From assembly GCA_965208905.1 (NCBI GenBank), contig OZ242365.1, positions 1,056,001-1,120,000 of the forward strand: a stretch of DNA of 64,000 nucleotides, written 5' to 3'. The notes under the pieces are model-generated. The model was not told the DNA's origin. It worked only from the letters and a program-made list of their open reading frames with translations, and did not search any database. The position numbers and the translations under genes are program-made. This DNA is from Nitrosopumilaceae archaeon. Lineage in GTDB: Archaea > Thermoproteota > Nitrososphaeria > Nitrososphaerales > Nitrosopumilaceae. Shown here one piece after another: positions 54,534 to 64,000 of this stretch (positions are counted from its first letter, which is position 1; every line of letters starts with the position of its first letter).

Positions 54534-55145
54534 TTGGCACATGTAGATGGATTTAATATTCATAATACAACAAGAGCATCAATGATACATACCAAGTGGT
54601 CAGATGACTTTATGGGGATAGCGTATAGATACTTTGATCTGCGCATGAATATTGTTCCCTTACTGCCCCATAGAAAGAAGGCATTAAAGATGTGGCAGGA
54701 TGTAATACATTGGTGGTATGATGCATCCATTCGTGTCAGGTTTATAGAGTATCCAGACCAGTACAGGTTTGTCATAGGTGCCGAGTCGCGAAGACCCGAC
54801 TCGAATGTGTCATTTTACAAAATACTACACAAATCGCCACACTATGAGCGATTCAAGACAGGGTATGGTGATGCAGCATATCTGCGTCTGGGAGAGTACT
54901 CAACAAAGAGACTACAGGATGTAAAGGATTCAGATGTATGCAACTGTGGTCATCCGGCAGGAGACCATGCAGATGATGAGAGTACAGAGTGTCTGGAGGA
55001 CGGGTGTGATTGTAATGAGTTTGTTCAGACGCAGGTGTACATGTTGCGGCGTAAAAAGACCATAACAGACATTGTATTCTTGGATTATACGGATATAGAA
55101 AAAGATCCATTATCTTGGAACTGTATAAACTCCAATCCTAGTTGA
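54534..55145 (+). CDS. Hypothetical protein with Cys/His-rich motif
   Basis: CNCGH..H..C..CDC; the probable TTG start is the first codon of the TSD. Confidence 0.7.
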   Translation: MAHVDGFNIHNTTRASMIHTKWSDDFMGIAYRYFDLRMNIVPLLPHRKKALKMWQDVIHWWYDASIRVRFIEYPDQYRFVIGAESRRPDSNVSFYKILHKSPHYERFKTGYGDAAYLRLGEYSTKRLQDVKDSDVCNCGHPAGDHADDESTECLEDGCDCNEFVQTQVYMLRRKKTITDIVFLDYTDIEKDPLSWNCINSNPS

Positions 55146-56466
55146 AGCGACTACGGTCACCACGACTGCCGCGACCACCACGACTGCCACCGCCGCGGTT
55201 ATTGTCTCGACCAGTGTCTCTACCATTCCCTCGACTGTAACCGCCACGGCCACCAAATCCGCCACGGCCAAAGCGTCGACGACCCTGCCCATTTCGGGGC
55301 GGCCCACCTCTATGAGAACCCACAACACGCTTGAGGGGGTCGGGTATATTCACCTCTATTCCTAACTCTTTGTTGAGGTCTGTGAGTTCTACTTTTATCT
55401 GGCGCTTTATCAGATTCCAGTCAGATATTGACGAGTATGACACAAATGTAATGGCCTTGCCCTTTGCGCCTGCGCGAGCAGTCCGTCCTATGCGGTGAAA
55501 GTATATCAAATCCTGATTGGGCACATCATAATTTATCACCAACTGTACCCGGGGAACGTCTATACCTCTAGCTGCAACATCGGTTGCCACAAGGATCTCA
55601 GCCTTACCGCTACGAAATTTACCCATGGACAACTCTCGGCGGTGCTGTGACATGTCACCTTCTATGGCCACTGCGTCTAACTTTTGACGATGTAGTATTC
55701 TAACCACATCCCGTGTTCTATACTTGGTAGAGCAGAATACTATCTTTTGTCCTTTAGTGTCCGCTATAAAGTTGAAGAGATGTTCGGGTTTGTCACGATC
55801 TTTGAGTACTAGAAACGACTGGTCTATGCCCTCACCGCTGAGATCATCGGCATCCAACAAGAATTGTTTTGGGTTTTGTAGATACTCTTCAGACAATCGC
55901 AGTATCTCCACTGGCATTGTAGCAGAGAACATTGACATCACCTTCTCCTCGGGAACCAAATCCAAGACAAACTGTATGTCATCTATAAAGCCCATATCCA
56001 GCATGGTGTCGGCCTCATCAAGTACCACATGTCGTATATCGTTGAGCTCAATTGTGCCACGTTTTATGTGATCAATTAACCTACCAGGGGTTGCCACTAA
56101 TATTTCAACTCCTCGTTCCAGAGAATCTATTTGCACGTTCATGCTCTGACCACCATAGATGGTAGCTACACGAAGATCTGTATACTTGCCAAACTTTCGT
56201 ATCTCATCGGTTATCTGCATCGCCAGCTCACGGGTTGGTGCCAAGATCAGTCCCTGAATAGTTCTGTTGGGTGGTATATCCTGTAGCATGGATACAGCAT
56301 ATGCTGCAGTCTTGCCAGAGCCTGTATGAGCCTGTCCTATGACGTCCCGTCCAGATAACAGGACGGGTACTGCCGCCTCCTGTATGGGAAAAGCTTCCTC
56401 GAAGTTTATCTTATCTAGTGCTTTCAGGATAGTCTCGTTTATTCCCAGATCACTAAATTTTGTCAT
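55138..56466 (-). CDS. DEAD-box RNA helicase
   Basis: TGSGKT, PTRELA, DEAD, SAT, HRIGRTAR, RGG tail. Confidence 0.96.
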   Translation of the reverse strand: MTKFSDLGINETILKALDKINFEEAFPIQEAAVPVLLSGRDVIGQAHTGSGKTAAYAVSMLQDIPPNRTIQGLILAPTRELAMQITDEIRKFGKYTDLRVATIYGGQSMNVQIDSLERGVEILVATPGRLIDHIKRGTIELNDIRHVVLDEADTMLDMGFIDDIQFVLDLVPEEKVMSMFSATMPVEILRLSEEYLQNPKQFLLDADDLSGEGIDQSFLVLKDRDKPEHLFNFIADTKGQKIVFCSTKYRTRDVVRILHRQKLDAVAIEGDMSQHRRELSMGKFRSGKAEILVATDVAARGIDVPRVQLVINYDVPNQDLIYFHRIGRTARAGAKGKAITFVSYSSISDWNLIKRQIKVELTDLNKELGIEVNIPDPLKRVVGSHRGGPPRNGQGRRRFGRGGFGGRGGYSRGNGRDTGRDNNRGGGSRGGRGSRGDRSRFN

Positions 56467-56733
56467 TCCCTACTCTTGTACGACGAATCACTAACATCAC
56501 ACTACAAATCATTTAATTAAAATAAATTTTTGATACTCATATAAGCGCTTGTTATAATTTGTAGGCGGCTTTCTGGCTAACTTTTGTCGTCTGTTTGTTA
56601 GATTAAGACGTTTAATGTGACTGAGAGTTCGATTTAGACTTGTATTATCCGCACCTGGTAGTGATTTACTGTACGGCAAGGTGGACTTTTGCGCCAACAA
56701 TTATTCTAGTAACCTTCCTTGGAGTCGCCTTTG

Positions 56734-57744
56734 TTACTCTGTGGGAATGCTTTGTATACGTTCTATGGCCGTCTGGAATACCGAAAATGGTTGCGCACCA
56801 GATATCAGAACATATCCAATCTGATCATTGCCCACAAAGAATGCAGGTGTACCAGTCACGCCATACGAAACACCATCAGTATAATCAGATGCCACCTCAG
56901 ATATGTGGTCACCAGATCCAAGACATTCATCAAAGGCATCAGTATCAAGTTCCATATCAGCAGCATATGTCTGGAATACCTCAATGGCACTAACAGAGTC
57001 CAGACCACCCCACAATCCCATATTCTCAAAGAGTATATCATGATAATCCCAGTAGGCATCCTGCTCATGGGCGCACTCTGATGCCACGGCAGCGGCAACT
57101 GCGTTGGGGTGTATATTCTGTAGTGGAAAGTCTCTGTATACCAGCTTTGCCACGCCTGTCTCTATATAAGTGGACTTCAGATCGGGTAGAGTTTCAGTGT
57201 AGAATCGTGCGCAGAATGGACATTGAAAGTCCGAGAACTCGATTATTGTAATGGGCGCATCGCTATTGCCAAGTACGGGATCATCATCTGCACTAGGAAT
57301 AATTGGAGGTGGGGCAGTAGCAGACTCTGGGTCGGTGAGCATCTTATCTTCCAAGGCCCTCATCTCATCAGATAGTGTATCTATCTTATCTTCTAAAAAT
57401 AGAACTGCCTGATTCAAGTCCGACATCTCTATTGGGTCCTGATTAAGAATGGGTGCAGATAGTCCAGCAAAGAACGCAGCAACCCCCACAGTGGCTATGA
57501 GTGCAGCGTATAGACCCTTGTTGACGGGTCTGCTACCATCAGCATGTTGGCGAGTTTTTGGTGGATCATCATGTGTATCTTTGTCCTTAGGGGTAGTAAC
57601 TTCGTCTTCGGGGGCAGTATCTTTGTCGTTAAGGGCAGTATTTTCGTCTTCAGGAGCAGTATCTTCATCTTCAGGGGTTGTAACTTTGTCTTTAGGGGCA
57701 GTATCTTTAGGTGTGATCTCGTCGGGTTTTGGTATATCGGACAA
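56734..57744 (-). CDS. DsbA-family thioredoxin-fold protein with repetitive N-terminus
   Basis: FSDFQCPFC, DFPL..HP, GVTGTP, GAQP; start probably TTG at 57744. Confidence 0.9.
   Translation of the reverse strand: MSDIPKPDEITPKDTAPKDKVTTPEDEDTAPEDENTALNDKDTAPEDEVTTPKDKDTHDDPPKTRQHADGSRPVNKGLYAALIATVGVAAFFAGLSAPILNQDPIEMSDLNQAVLFLEDKIDTLSDEMRALEDKMLTDPESATAPPPIIPSADDDPVLGNSDAPITIIEFSDFQCPFCARFYTETLPDLKSTYIETGVAKLVYRDFPLQNIHPNAVAAAVASECAHEQDAYWDYHDILFENMGLWGGLDSVSAIEVFQTYAADMELDTDAFDECLGSGDHISEVASDYTDGVSYGVTGTPAFFVGNDQIGYVLISGAQPFSVFQTAIERIQSIPTE
57580..57720. repeat. Degenerate 21-bp coding tandem repeat
   Basis: 7-aa units DTAPKDK / VTTPEDE / DTAPEDE / NTALNDK. Confidence 0.75.
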
Positions 57745-57783
57745 TACGACTTGTATAAAACATCGCACAATATTAATGATAAA

Positions 57784-57858
57784 AGCCAATGACGGGATCC
57801 GAACCCGCGACCTTTCGCTTACAAGGCGAATGCTCTAGCCAGGCTGAGCTACATTGGC
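57784..57858 (-). tRNA. tRNA-Thr(TGT)
   Basis: Acceptor GCCAATG/CATTGGC, anticodon arm TTCGC-CT TGT AA-GCGAA. Confidence 0.95.
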
Positions 57859-58012
57859 ATGAGGCATTGTGTACATATTGGCGATTTAAATTATGTGGAA
57901 GATTAGTCGGGCATTATATCGCTGAGCAAGCACACGGCGATGCGTACTTATCGATATAATCTCCTCTGACAAATACATTAGTCTTTAATATCACGGATAG
58001 AATCTCGATTCA

Positions 58013-58249
58013 ATGAGAAAGATTCCCAAAAAGAGGCTGCGTATAATCATGATAGTGTTTCTAAGTACGGGTGCCTGGGGCATAATACTAGGAATGATAC
58101 TGCCATTGACATCGTCATTTCCAATGTATATAACCATACTGGGTGTAACGCAGTTGGGTCTGGGCGGATTCTTTGGATGGAAGTATCTGACACAGGAGTC
58201 CGATGATAATGATGATAGTAAAAGGCAGCGACGCAGAAGGCGCCGTTAA
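58013..58249 (+). CDS. Small two-TM membrane protein
   Basis: Two hydrophobic helices, charged tail. Confidence 0.7.
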   Translation: MRKIPKKRLRIIMIVFLSTGAWGIILGMILPLTSSFPMYITILGVTQLGLGGFFGWKYLTQESDDNDDSKRQRRRRRR

Positions 58250-58349
58250 TTTTGTTTATATCATCAATTCAAGGACTATGACCTACAAGGGTTCGGTGGT
58301 ATCATGAGGAATTATGAAACGCTGTCCCTACAAACTCTAGGTTAAATAA

Positions 58350-58922
58350 ATGGATACACAGACGACATCTATGCTAGATTTAGTGGCCAAACATCTGTTC
58401 CTAACAAAGGGTAAAGGGGTTCATGAAGACAAGTTGACCAGTTTTGAGTATGCTCTGCGGGATGCAGGGATAGCTGGAACCAATCTGGTTCTAATATCCA
58501 GCATATTTCCTCCCCATGCATCCCTCATACCCCGCAGTGAGGGTCTAAAGTTGATCAAGCCCGGGCAGATACTATTTACAATATACTCAAAGAATCAGAC
58601 CAACGAGCCACACCGCCTCTGTGGCGCATCCGTTGGATTGGCTAGGCCTACGGATCCCACACGATATGGATACCTATCAGAGTACGACTCTTTTGGTCAG
58701 AATGAGCAACAGACAGGTGATTATGCAGAGGACGTTGCCGCTCAGATGTTGGCATCATCGTTGGGTATCGACTTGGATATAGAAAAAAGTTGGAATGAAA
58801 AGAGACAGCAGTGGACAATATCAGGTCAGATATACAACTCATCCAACATAACACAGACCGCCAAGGGGGACAGAGATGGTAAGTGGACCACAGTCTTTGC
58901 GGCAGCAGTGTTACTGCTTTAA
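58350..58922 (+). CDS. pdaD: Pyruvoyl-dependent arginine decarboxylase
   Basis: SFEYALRDAGI, NLVLISSIFPP, GYLSE, WTTVFAAAV. Confidence 0.92.
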   Translation: MDTQTTSMLDLVAKHLFLTKGKGVHEDKLTSFEYALRDAGIAGTNLVLISSIFPPHASLIPRSEGLKLIKPGQILFTIYSKNQTNEPHRLCGASVGLARPTDPTRYGYLSEYDSFGQNEQQTGDYAEDVAAQMLASSLGIDLDIEKSWNEKRQQWTISGQIYNSSNITQTAKGDRDGKWTTVFAAAVLLL

Positions 58923-60112
58923 CGCCTATATCCTTTTAGGTAGAATGCCGCAGCTGCACCACCTGCAATCACCACTATTATAACCACCACCAGCGAGTCG
59001 GTCACATCATACGGTGTAGGTTCCATTGGTGCAGCATCAGATGTGGTATCGTCGGTCTGAGTCATATCATCCGGTACAGGCTTTGTAGTATTAGAGGGCG
59101 ACATGTCCAGTGTTATGCGGGTCTCGCCAACACTAACAGAGTCCAACTCACCCAACAGAAAGGTTCCTCGAATCAAGCTTCCAGAGTCAGGATCAAAGAA
59201 CCAACCACGGTCAGTCACATCATCAGGTCTGCCATCCATACCAGGTAGTGTTGTAATCACATCAGAGATTGAGGGCGCACTACTAGAGGATATTGCCACC
59301 CGTACAAGTGAACTTAGCGGGTAAAAGCCATCATCAAAGTACGATGAACGATGTATGGTATCAACGCCCAGACGCTCTAATGGGTCTATATCATCAGTTA
59401 GCGTATCGACATACGACTTGGTGACTCGTAGCTGTGTTATAGGACCTGCACTCTCCACATCCATCACAAAGAGCAGAAACGAGTTCTCATCTGTGGCCAG
59501 TATCTTGGCAGCATCGACAAACCCGCCACCCTGTGCTATATCTTGTGGAAATACTGTGTTTAGGAACTTTTCATAGAGTGATAGTGTTGTATCATTCTGT
59601 ATGGTATACACTACTGATACTGTATTATACGTCATTGCCTTGCCGGGCACACTTAATGCAGTATGTTGTTCATCATTAAAGTGCACAAATACAGAGTGAA
59701 AGTCTGCAGTTAGGCCAAGTGCACTGTTCAGTCTTGAGATAAATTGATCCCCCACCAGACGCGTTCCATTCTGCACCATGCCAATATCGGTCTCTTCGGG
59801 TATGCGTGCGACATTCACTATAAGACATGCCTCATCTACAACCCCCGGCACGCAACCATTAGCATTGGTGAATAGGACTCCCAATACTCGAGGGTGATCC
59901 CACAGATCCCGCTCCAATGTATTTGATATTATAGTGTCATCGATATTCGAGGTCATGTGCACGATTGTGGCAGTACCAGTGTCTATATCATCATACAGGA
60001 CAACCTGAACGCTTTCTATATAATGTGAAATATCCATACTCTGCGCAGCAGAGGGTATCACAAAAGACAACAAAATCACAAAAGACAGCAGGGCAGCCGA
60101 TGGTATCATCAT
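58919..60112 (-). CDS. Exported protein with C-terminal membrane anchor
   Basis: Signal peptide, C-terminal TM followed by YLKGYRR. Confidence 0.75.
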   Translation of the reverse strand: MMIPSAALLSFVILLSFVIPSAAQSMDISHYIESVQVVLYDDIDTGTATIVHMTSNIDDTIISNTLERDLWDHPRVLGVLFTNANGCVPGVVDEACLIVNVARIPEETDIGMVQNGTRLVGDQFISRLNSALGLTADFHSVFVHFNDEQHTALSVPGKAMTYNTVSVVYTIQNDTTLSLYEKFLNTVFPQDIAQGGGFVDAAKILATDENSFLLFVMDVESAGPITQLRVTKSYVDTLTDDIDPLERLGVDTIHRSSYFDDGFYPLSSLVRVAISSSSAPSISDVITTLPGMDGRPDDVTDRGWFFDPDSGSLIRGTFLLGELDSVSVGETRITLDMSPSNTTKPVPDDMTQTDDTTSDAAPMEPTPYDVTDSLVVVIIVVIAGGAAAAFYLKGYRR

Positions 60113-60231
60113 GTGTCAACGATATGCTGTAAAATTATTAAACCATACGGAATGTGTTGTTTGTCAAGCAACCGTATAGTGTTACAGCATACAGGGACAA
60201 CACAAATTTGCTTGTCCATATACTATACAGT

Positions 60232-60810
60232 ATGGCACTAGTACCATTTTTGGATGAAGCTCTCACATATCCGATATTTTCCATAATTGCCATGGGTGGT
60301 GCAGCCTTTGTGGGGCTGCTGCACGGCTACATAATAGGTAAGGCAATAGTGTCACGATTCGATATTGTGTATAGACACGCCAAACCATTCTCCATACTAT
60401 TTGGGATACTATTCTTGGCCAATGCACTGCTTAGTCTGCCGCGATTTTCATCTCCTGACAAGATACGACTATCCGTACTCTTTGATTCGGCAGAGCCCAG
60501 TGTATTTGTAGATTTGATGTTTGATTTGATTGGTGTCGGTAGTGGCCTGATTGCAGTACTAGCCATATCCTTGACTGTACTAAGCCTGATACTGCTCAAG
60601 ATAGCCCCCATCCGGGGAGCCGCAAAGGCATTTGCCATAATAGTGAGTGGTCTAGTTTTGGTACTCACAGTACAGGCCAGGTTCACATACCTGTCACCCA
60701 GTAGTTTTGAGATACTACTTTATTTTATGTATCAAATTAGTGTAGTAGCTGGAGTCATAGTTGGGATCATACGGTATAAGGTTCCTCCCGCAAAGTCGGG
60801 TGATGGTTGA
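60232..60810 (+). CDS. Multi-pass membrane protein
   Basis: About five hydrophobic helices. Confidence 0.7.
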   Translation: MALVPFLDEALTYPIFSIIAMGGAAFVGLLHGYIIGKAIVSRFDIVYRHAKPFSILFGILFLANALLSLPRFSSPDKIRLSVLFDSAEPSVFVDLMFDLIGVGSGLIAVLAISLTVLSLILLKIAPIRGAAKAFAIIVSGLVLVLTVQARFTYLSPSSFEILLYFMYQISVVAGVIVGIIRYKVPPAKSGDG

Positions 60811-61039
60811 TGTGTTGTTGTATAGTGTTAAATACGTCATTAAACCGTACTATATGATGGCGCTTGTCAAAATGGGCTGGTAACTTATCCGCGCTTGAAA
60901 AGCCCATGTTAGAATTACAATATTCTCCAAAAAAGCCGTGATTTTTACATTTCAAGTCCGCACCACCCACCAACAACCACAATGCGCAAATACGGAATCT
61001 TGGAACAACCTTAAAACGTACCTCGGGAAAAACAATACC

Positions 61040-63496
61040 GTGAAGCCATTCCACAAGATCCTCGAAGTCAGACCTGATGTACAGGACGGCACATTAGACC
61101 AATCTGCATATGCGGCCAATCTGGGTGATGTAGTGTCTGATATAGACAAACCTGCCGCCAAAGAATACCGCAACCCTGTACTATTCAGAGAGATGACATA
61201 TGAGACTGAAGGAATGCGCAAGGCATTAGATCACATTCGTGTACGGCTACAAGACGGCAAGGGTAATGGATTAAGACAGCTAGAGACAAGTTTTGGTGGT
61301 GGAAAGACGCATGCAATGATTGCAATGTATCATAAATGCAAGGACTGGGATACTACACCTGTTGTCATAGACGGCCAGTCCCTGCGCACAACATCCACGT
61401 TATGGGGCGAGATAGAACGGCAGTTAGACGGTAATATACAAAAGATGGCCGGCCAGGTTGCACCTTCAGGAGACCAAATCTATGAGTTGCTACACAACAG
61501 GAAGAAGCCCATACTCATACTGATAGATGAGATCTTCAACTATGTGGCAGGCGCGGCTGCCATACCAATAGGCAATTCAGACTTGGCTGCACAGACCATA
61601 ATATTCATGCAGAGGTTATACGGCCAGCTAGGTAGTCTGCAAAACGTATGCTTGGTGATGTCTCTATCCAAACGTGATGATGTACTTGGTACTGATACCG
61701 GTAATCGCACTGCAAAAATACAAAATGAGTACTACTCAAAACTACAAAAGATAGCCGGTAGGCATCACCAGCTAGACACCATATCTGAGGATAACGACAT
61801 ATCACACATAATACGTCGCAGACTATTCAGTACAAGTGAAGAGACCATACAGTATGGTGCAAAGGACACTATACAGTGGTGTATAGAACAGATGGTGGAG
61901 GGTGAATCACTACTAGGTGATGACATAGAGAAGTACAAGGAGAGATTTGCCAACACATACCCATTCACGCCAGATGTAATCGACACACTACACAAAAAAT
62001 GGGCATCCTACCCGACATTTCAGAGGACTCGCGGGGTACTGCGACTACTCTCACTAGTAGTGCACTCGTTGTTGGAGTCCAAGAGGTCTTGGATTGCACC
62101 AAGCGATATTGACTTGTCCGTACCTGAGATACGCCAGGAATTGTTAAAGCATACCGGCGATAACACCGAGAGTGTGATATCTACCGACATAGTGGGAAGC
62201 GATGCATTATCCAGAAAGGCAGATGAAGAGATAGGTGTTCGTTGCGCAGCAAGCATATTCATGTATTCATTTCCGCCCAGGACTGGTCGTGGTGCGACAT
62301 ATGAGGAGGTAAAGCGCTCCACCTTCACGTATAACATAACACACTCGTTTATTGGAGATACAGTGGGTAAACTACTGCGGCGTTGTTTCTATCTTGATGA
62401 GACAGATGACAAGATGTTGTATTTCGACATAAAGCCAAACATAAACCACATGATAGACCAGGCCAAGCGGAATGTATCTGATGGAACAGTACATGATGAG
62501 GAGCGAAATAGATTGGATGGAGCTATAGATGGCGGGATGTTCGGTGACATACACATATGGCCTGATGAGACCGAGGCATACAACATACCAGACAGGCCGG
62601 TTTTACAGTTGGTAATATGCAAGAAGGATGATCCGGAGTGGTGTGCAAAGGTCGTGAACGGCACTAACAAGTCGCGCCGCATAAACATGAATGGCCTGAT
62701 ATTTCTGCTTCCCAGCAATGGGATTATGCTAAGTGATCTGTTGCGACTGTATCTAGGCGTGAAGTTTGTCAAAGGGAGTTTGTCTGCAGAGTACAAGGCT
62801 TCCACGCGCTCCTACCTGAACTCGGAGATAAAGCGCGCAAAGGACGGAATAGGTGATGAGTTGTGCAAAAAGTATTCTGTGGTGTATGTTCCGGCGGAGG
62901 GCGGTAAGGTCAGAAAGATTCGCGACTATATGTTCAATCCCGCCACTGACAGCTTAAAGTCGTTGGATAGTCTGATGTGGGAGCGCCTCACCAAGGAAGA
63001 CCATGTGGCCGCCAGAATAGCCCCGGACATCGCAGCGCGATACGGGAAGGATGCAGACGGCGCGTACGAGTCGATGATACGCACGCCGGGCAGCATAATG
63101 CCCGCATCCTTTGAGGTTGTACGGGAGGCATTCGAGTCTGATGAACCAGAAGTACCCGAGACTCCGGACACGCCTACGCATGGAGGGCGTCCATGGGGAG
63201 GTTCAACGTGGGATGAGCCAATACAGGATGAGCCAATACAGGAACCAGAAAAGACGTATGAGCGCGTACTGTATACTGATGTGGTCGACGCGGCAAGGTT
63301 GACCGGCATGCGCTGGATGCTTCGGTCGCCGCAGGAACTATCTCTTAAGGGATTTGTCTGCAACATAAGCCAGCGCCCTGATGGAATGTACGACATACGC
63401 GTGGAGATGGGAGGTGCGGTCCCGGACAGTGTGGTGTCCAACATAAGACCCACCAACCGGGGAAAATTGGAGAAGGATGACGGCTGGGACGAATAG
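61040..63496 (+). CDS. DUF499 AAA+ ATPase
   Basis: YAANL, TSFGGGKTH, TLWGEI, ILIDE, YPFTP, FQRTRGVLRLL. Confidence 0.9.
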   Translation: MKPFHKILEVRPDVQDGTLDQSAYAANLGDVVSDIDKPAAKEYRNPVLFREMTYETEGMRKALDHIRVRLQDGKGNGLRQLETSFGGGKTHAMIAMYHKCKDWDTTPVVIDGQSLRTTSTLWGEIERQLDGNIQKMAGQVAPSGDQIYELLHNRKKPILILIDEIFNYVAGAAAIPIGNSDLAAQTIIFMQRLYGQLGSLQNVCLVMSLSKRDDVLGTDTGNRTAKIQNEYYSKLQKIAGRHHQLDTISEDNDISHIIRRRLFSTSEETIQYGAKDTIQWCIEQMVEGESLLGDDIEKYKERFANTYPFTPDVIDTLHKKWASYPTFQRTRGVLRLLSLVVHSLLESKRSWIAPSDIDLSVPEIRQELLKHTGDNTESVISTDIVGSDALSRKADEEIGVRCAASIFMYSFPPRTGRGATYEEVKRSTFTYNITHSFIGDTVGKLLRRCFYLDETDDKMLYFDIKPNINHMIDQAKRNVSDGTVHDEERNRLDGAIDGGMFGDIHIWPDETEAYNIPDRPVLQLVICKKDDPEWCAKVVNGTNKSRRINMNGLIFLLPSNGIMLSDLLRLYLGVKFVKGSLSAEYKASTRSYLNSEIKRAKDGIGDELCKKYSVVYVPAEGGKVRKIRDYMFNPATDSLKSLDSLMWERLTKEDHVAARIAPDIAARYGKDADGAYESMIRTPGSIMPASFEVVREAFESDEPEVPETPDTPTHGGRPWGGSTWDEPIQDEPIQEPEKTYERVLYTDVVDAARLTGMRWMLRSPQELSLKGFVCNISQRPDGMYDIRVEMGGAVPDSVVSNIRPTNRGKLEKDDGWDE

Positions 63497-64000
63497 GCTC
63501 ATTGGTACGATAATACCAATAAATGATATATCAAAGGGTGGAGCCGCAGAGAAGAAGAGGGGTCGCGGTAGAATCAACAACTTACATCGGTGGTGGGCTT
63601 CGCGGCCTACTACAGTATCCCGCATCACAGCATATGCAGCACTGGTTGATCCGCCAATAGAAGAACATAAGAAAATGATACTAGACATGTGCGACTATGA
63701 TAATACAACCAAACCCGAACGGATAGCAGTACGGGATGCCGCGCGCAAGCGAATCAAAGAAAAGTGGGAAAATCCTCCAAAGGTGCTGGATCCGTTCGGC
63801 GGCACGGGGGCGCTGCCGTTCAGCGCCGCGTGGCTGGGCTGTGAATCACATTCTATGGATTACAATCCTGTTGCTGTTATATTACAAAAGTGCGCGTTGG
63901 AGTATCCGACCAGGTACGGGCATGAACTCAAGGAAGATGTCATGCGGTATGCGAAACAAGTTGGCGAGCTGTTGAAGGAGCGTACCACGCCTTATTATCC
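63477..64000 (+). CDS. DUF1156 adenine DNA methyltransferase, runs off the window (not in the ORF track)
   Basis: Read from ATG 63477: LHRWWASRP, VLDPFGGTG, DYNPVA, LEYP. Confidence 0.88.
   Translation, partial: MTAGTNRLIGTIIPINDISKGGAAEKKRGRGRINNLHRWWASRPTTVSRITAYAALVDPPIEEHKKMILDMCDYDNTTKPERIAVRDAARKRIKEKWENPPKVLDPFGGTGALPFSAAWLGCESHSMDYNPVAVILQKCALEYPTRYGHELKEDVMRYAKQVGELLKERTTPYY

Noticed and set aside
26697-57858. tRNA genes as att sites of an integrated element
   Set aside because: No duplicated tRNA 3' end and no integrase were seen in the window.

Overview
Archaeal genomic window. Gene content and order (rps8e-scpB, rps17e, archaeal histone, MoaD-Cgi121 fusion, cupredoxin, three tRNAs) point to an ammonia-oxidising archaeon of the Nitrosopumilaceae (Thaumarchaeota). 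Many AT-rich pseudogene gaps and recent IS activity suggest a host-associated lineage, but that is inference. The key region is 42.9-54.5 kb, a three-layer nested mobile element. (1) A ~1.42-kb element encodes only a TnpB nuclease and, unlike IS200/IS605/IS607, is bounded by 23-bp terminal inverted repeats (GGGAATTAT...) and a perfect 8-bp target duplication (TTGGCACA). (2) Inside tnpB sits an 8,983-bp transposon with 42-bp TIRs and an 8-bp TSD. It carries a double-SWIM-finger DDE transposase and mostly restriction/defence-type cargo, separated by internal clusters of end-like repeats. (3) An IS3 copy also interrupts tnpB. Removing both insertions restores a continuous 445-aa TnpB. The window also holds two more IS3 copies, an IS481 element, a HEPN-MNT pair, a decaying conjugation-like islet, GC-rich second copies of pheA and an FAD oxidoreductase, and the start of a DUF499/DUF1156 defence operon. 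No CRISPR array or rRNA was seen.
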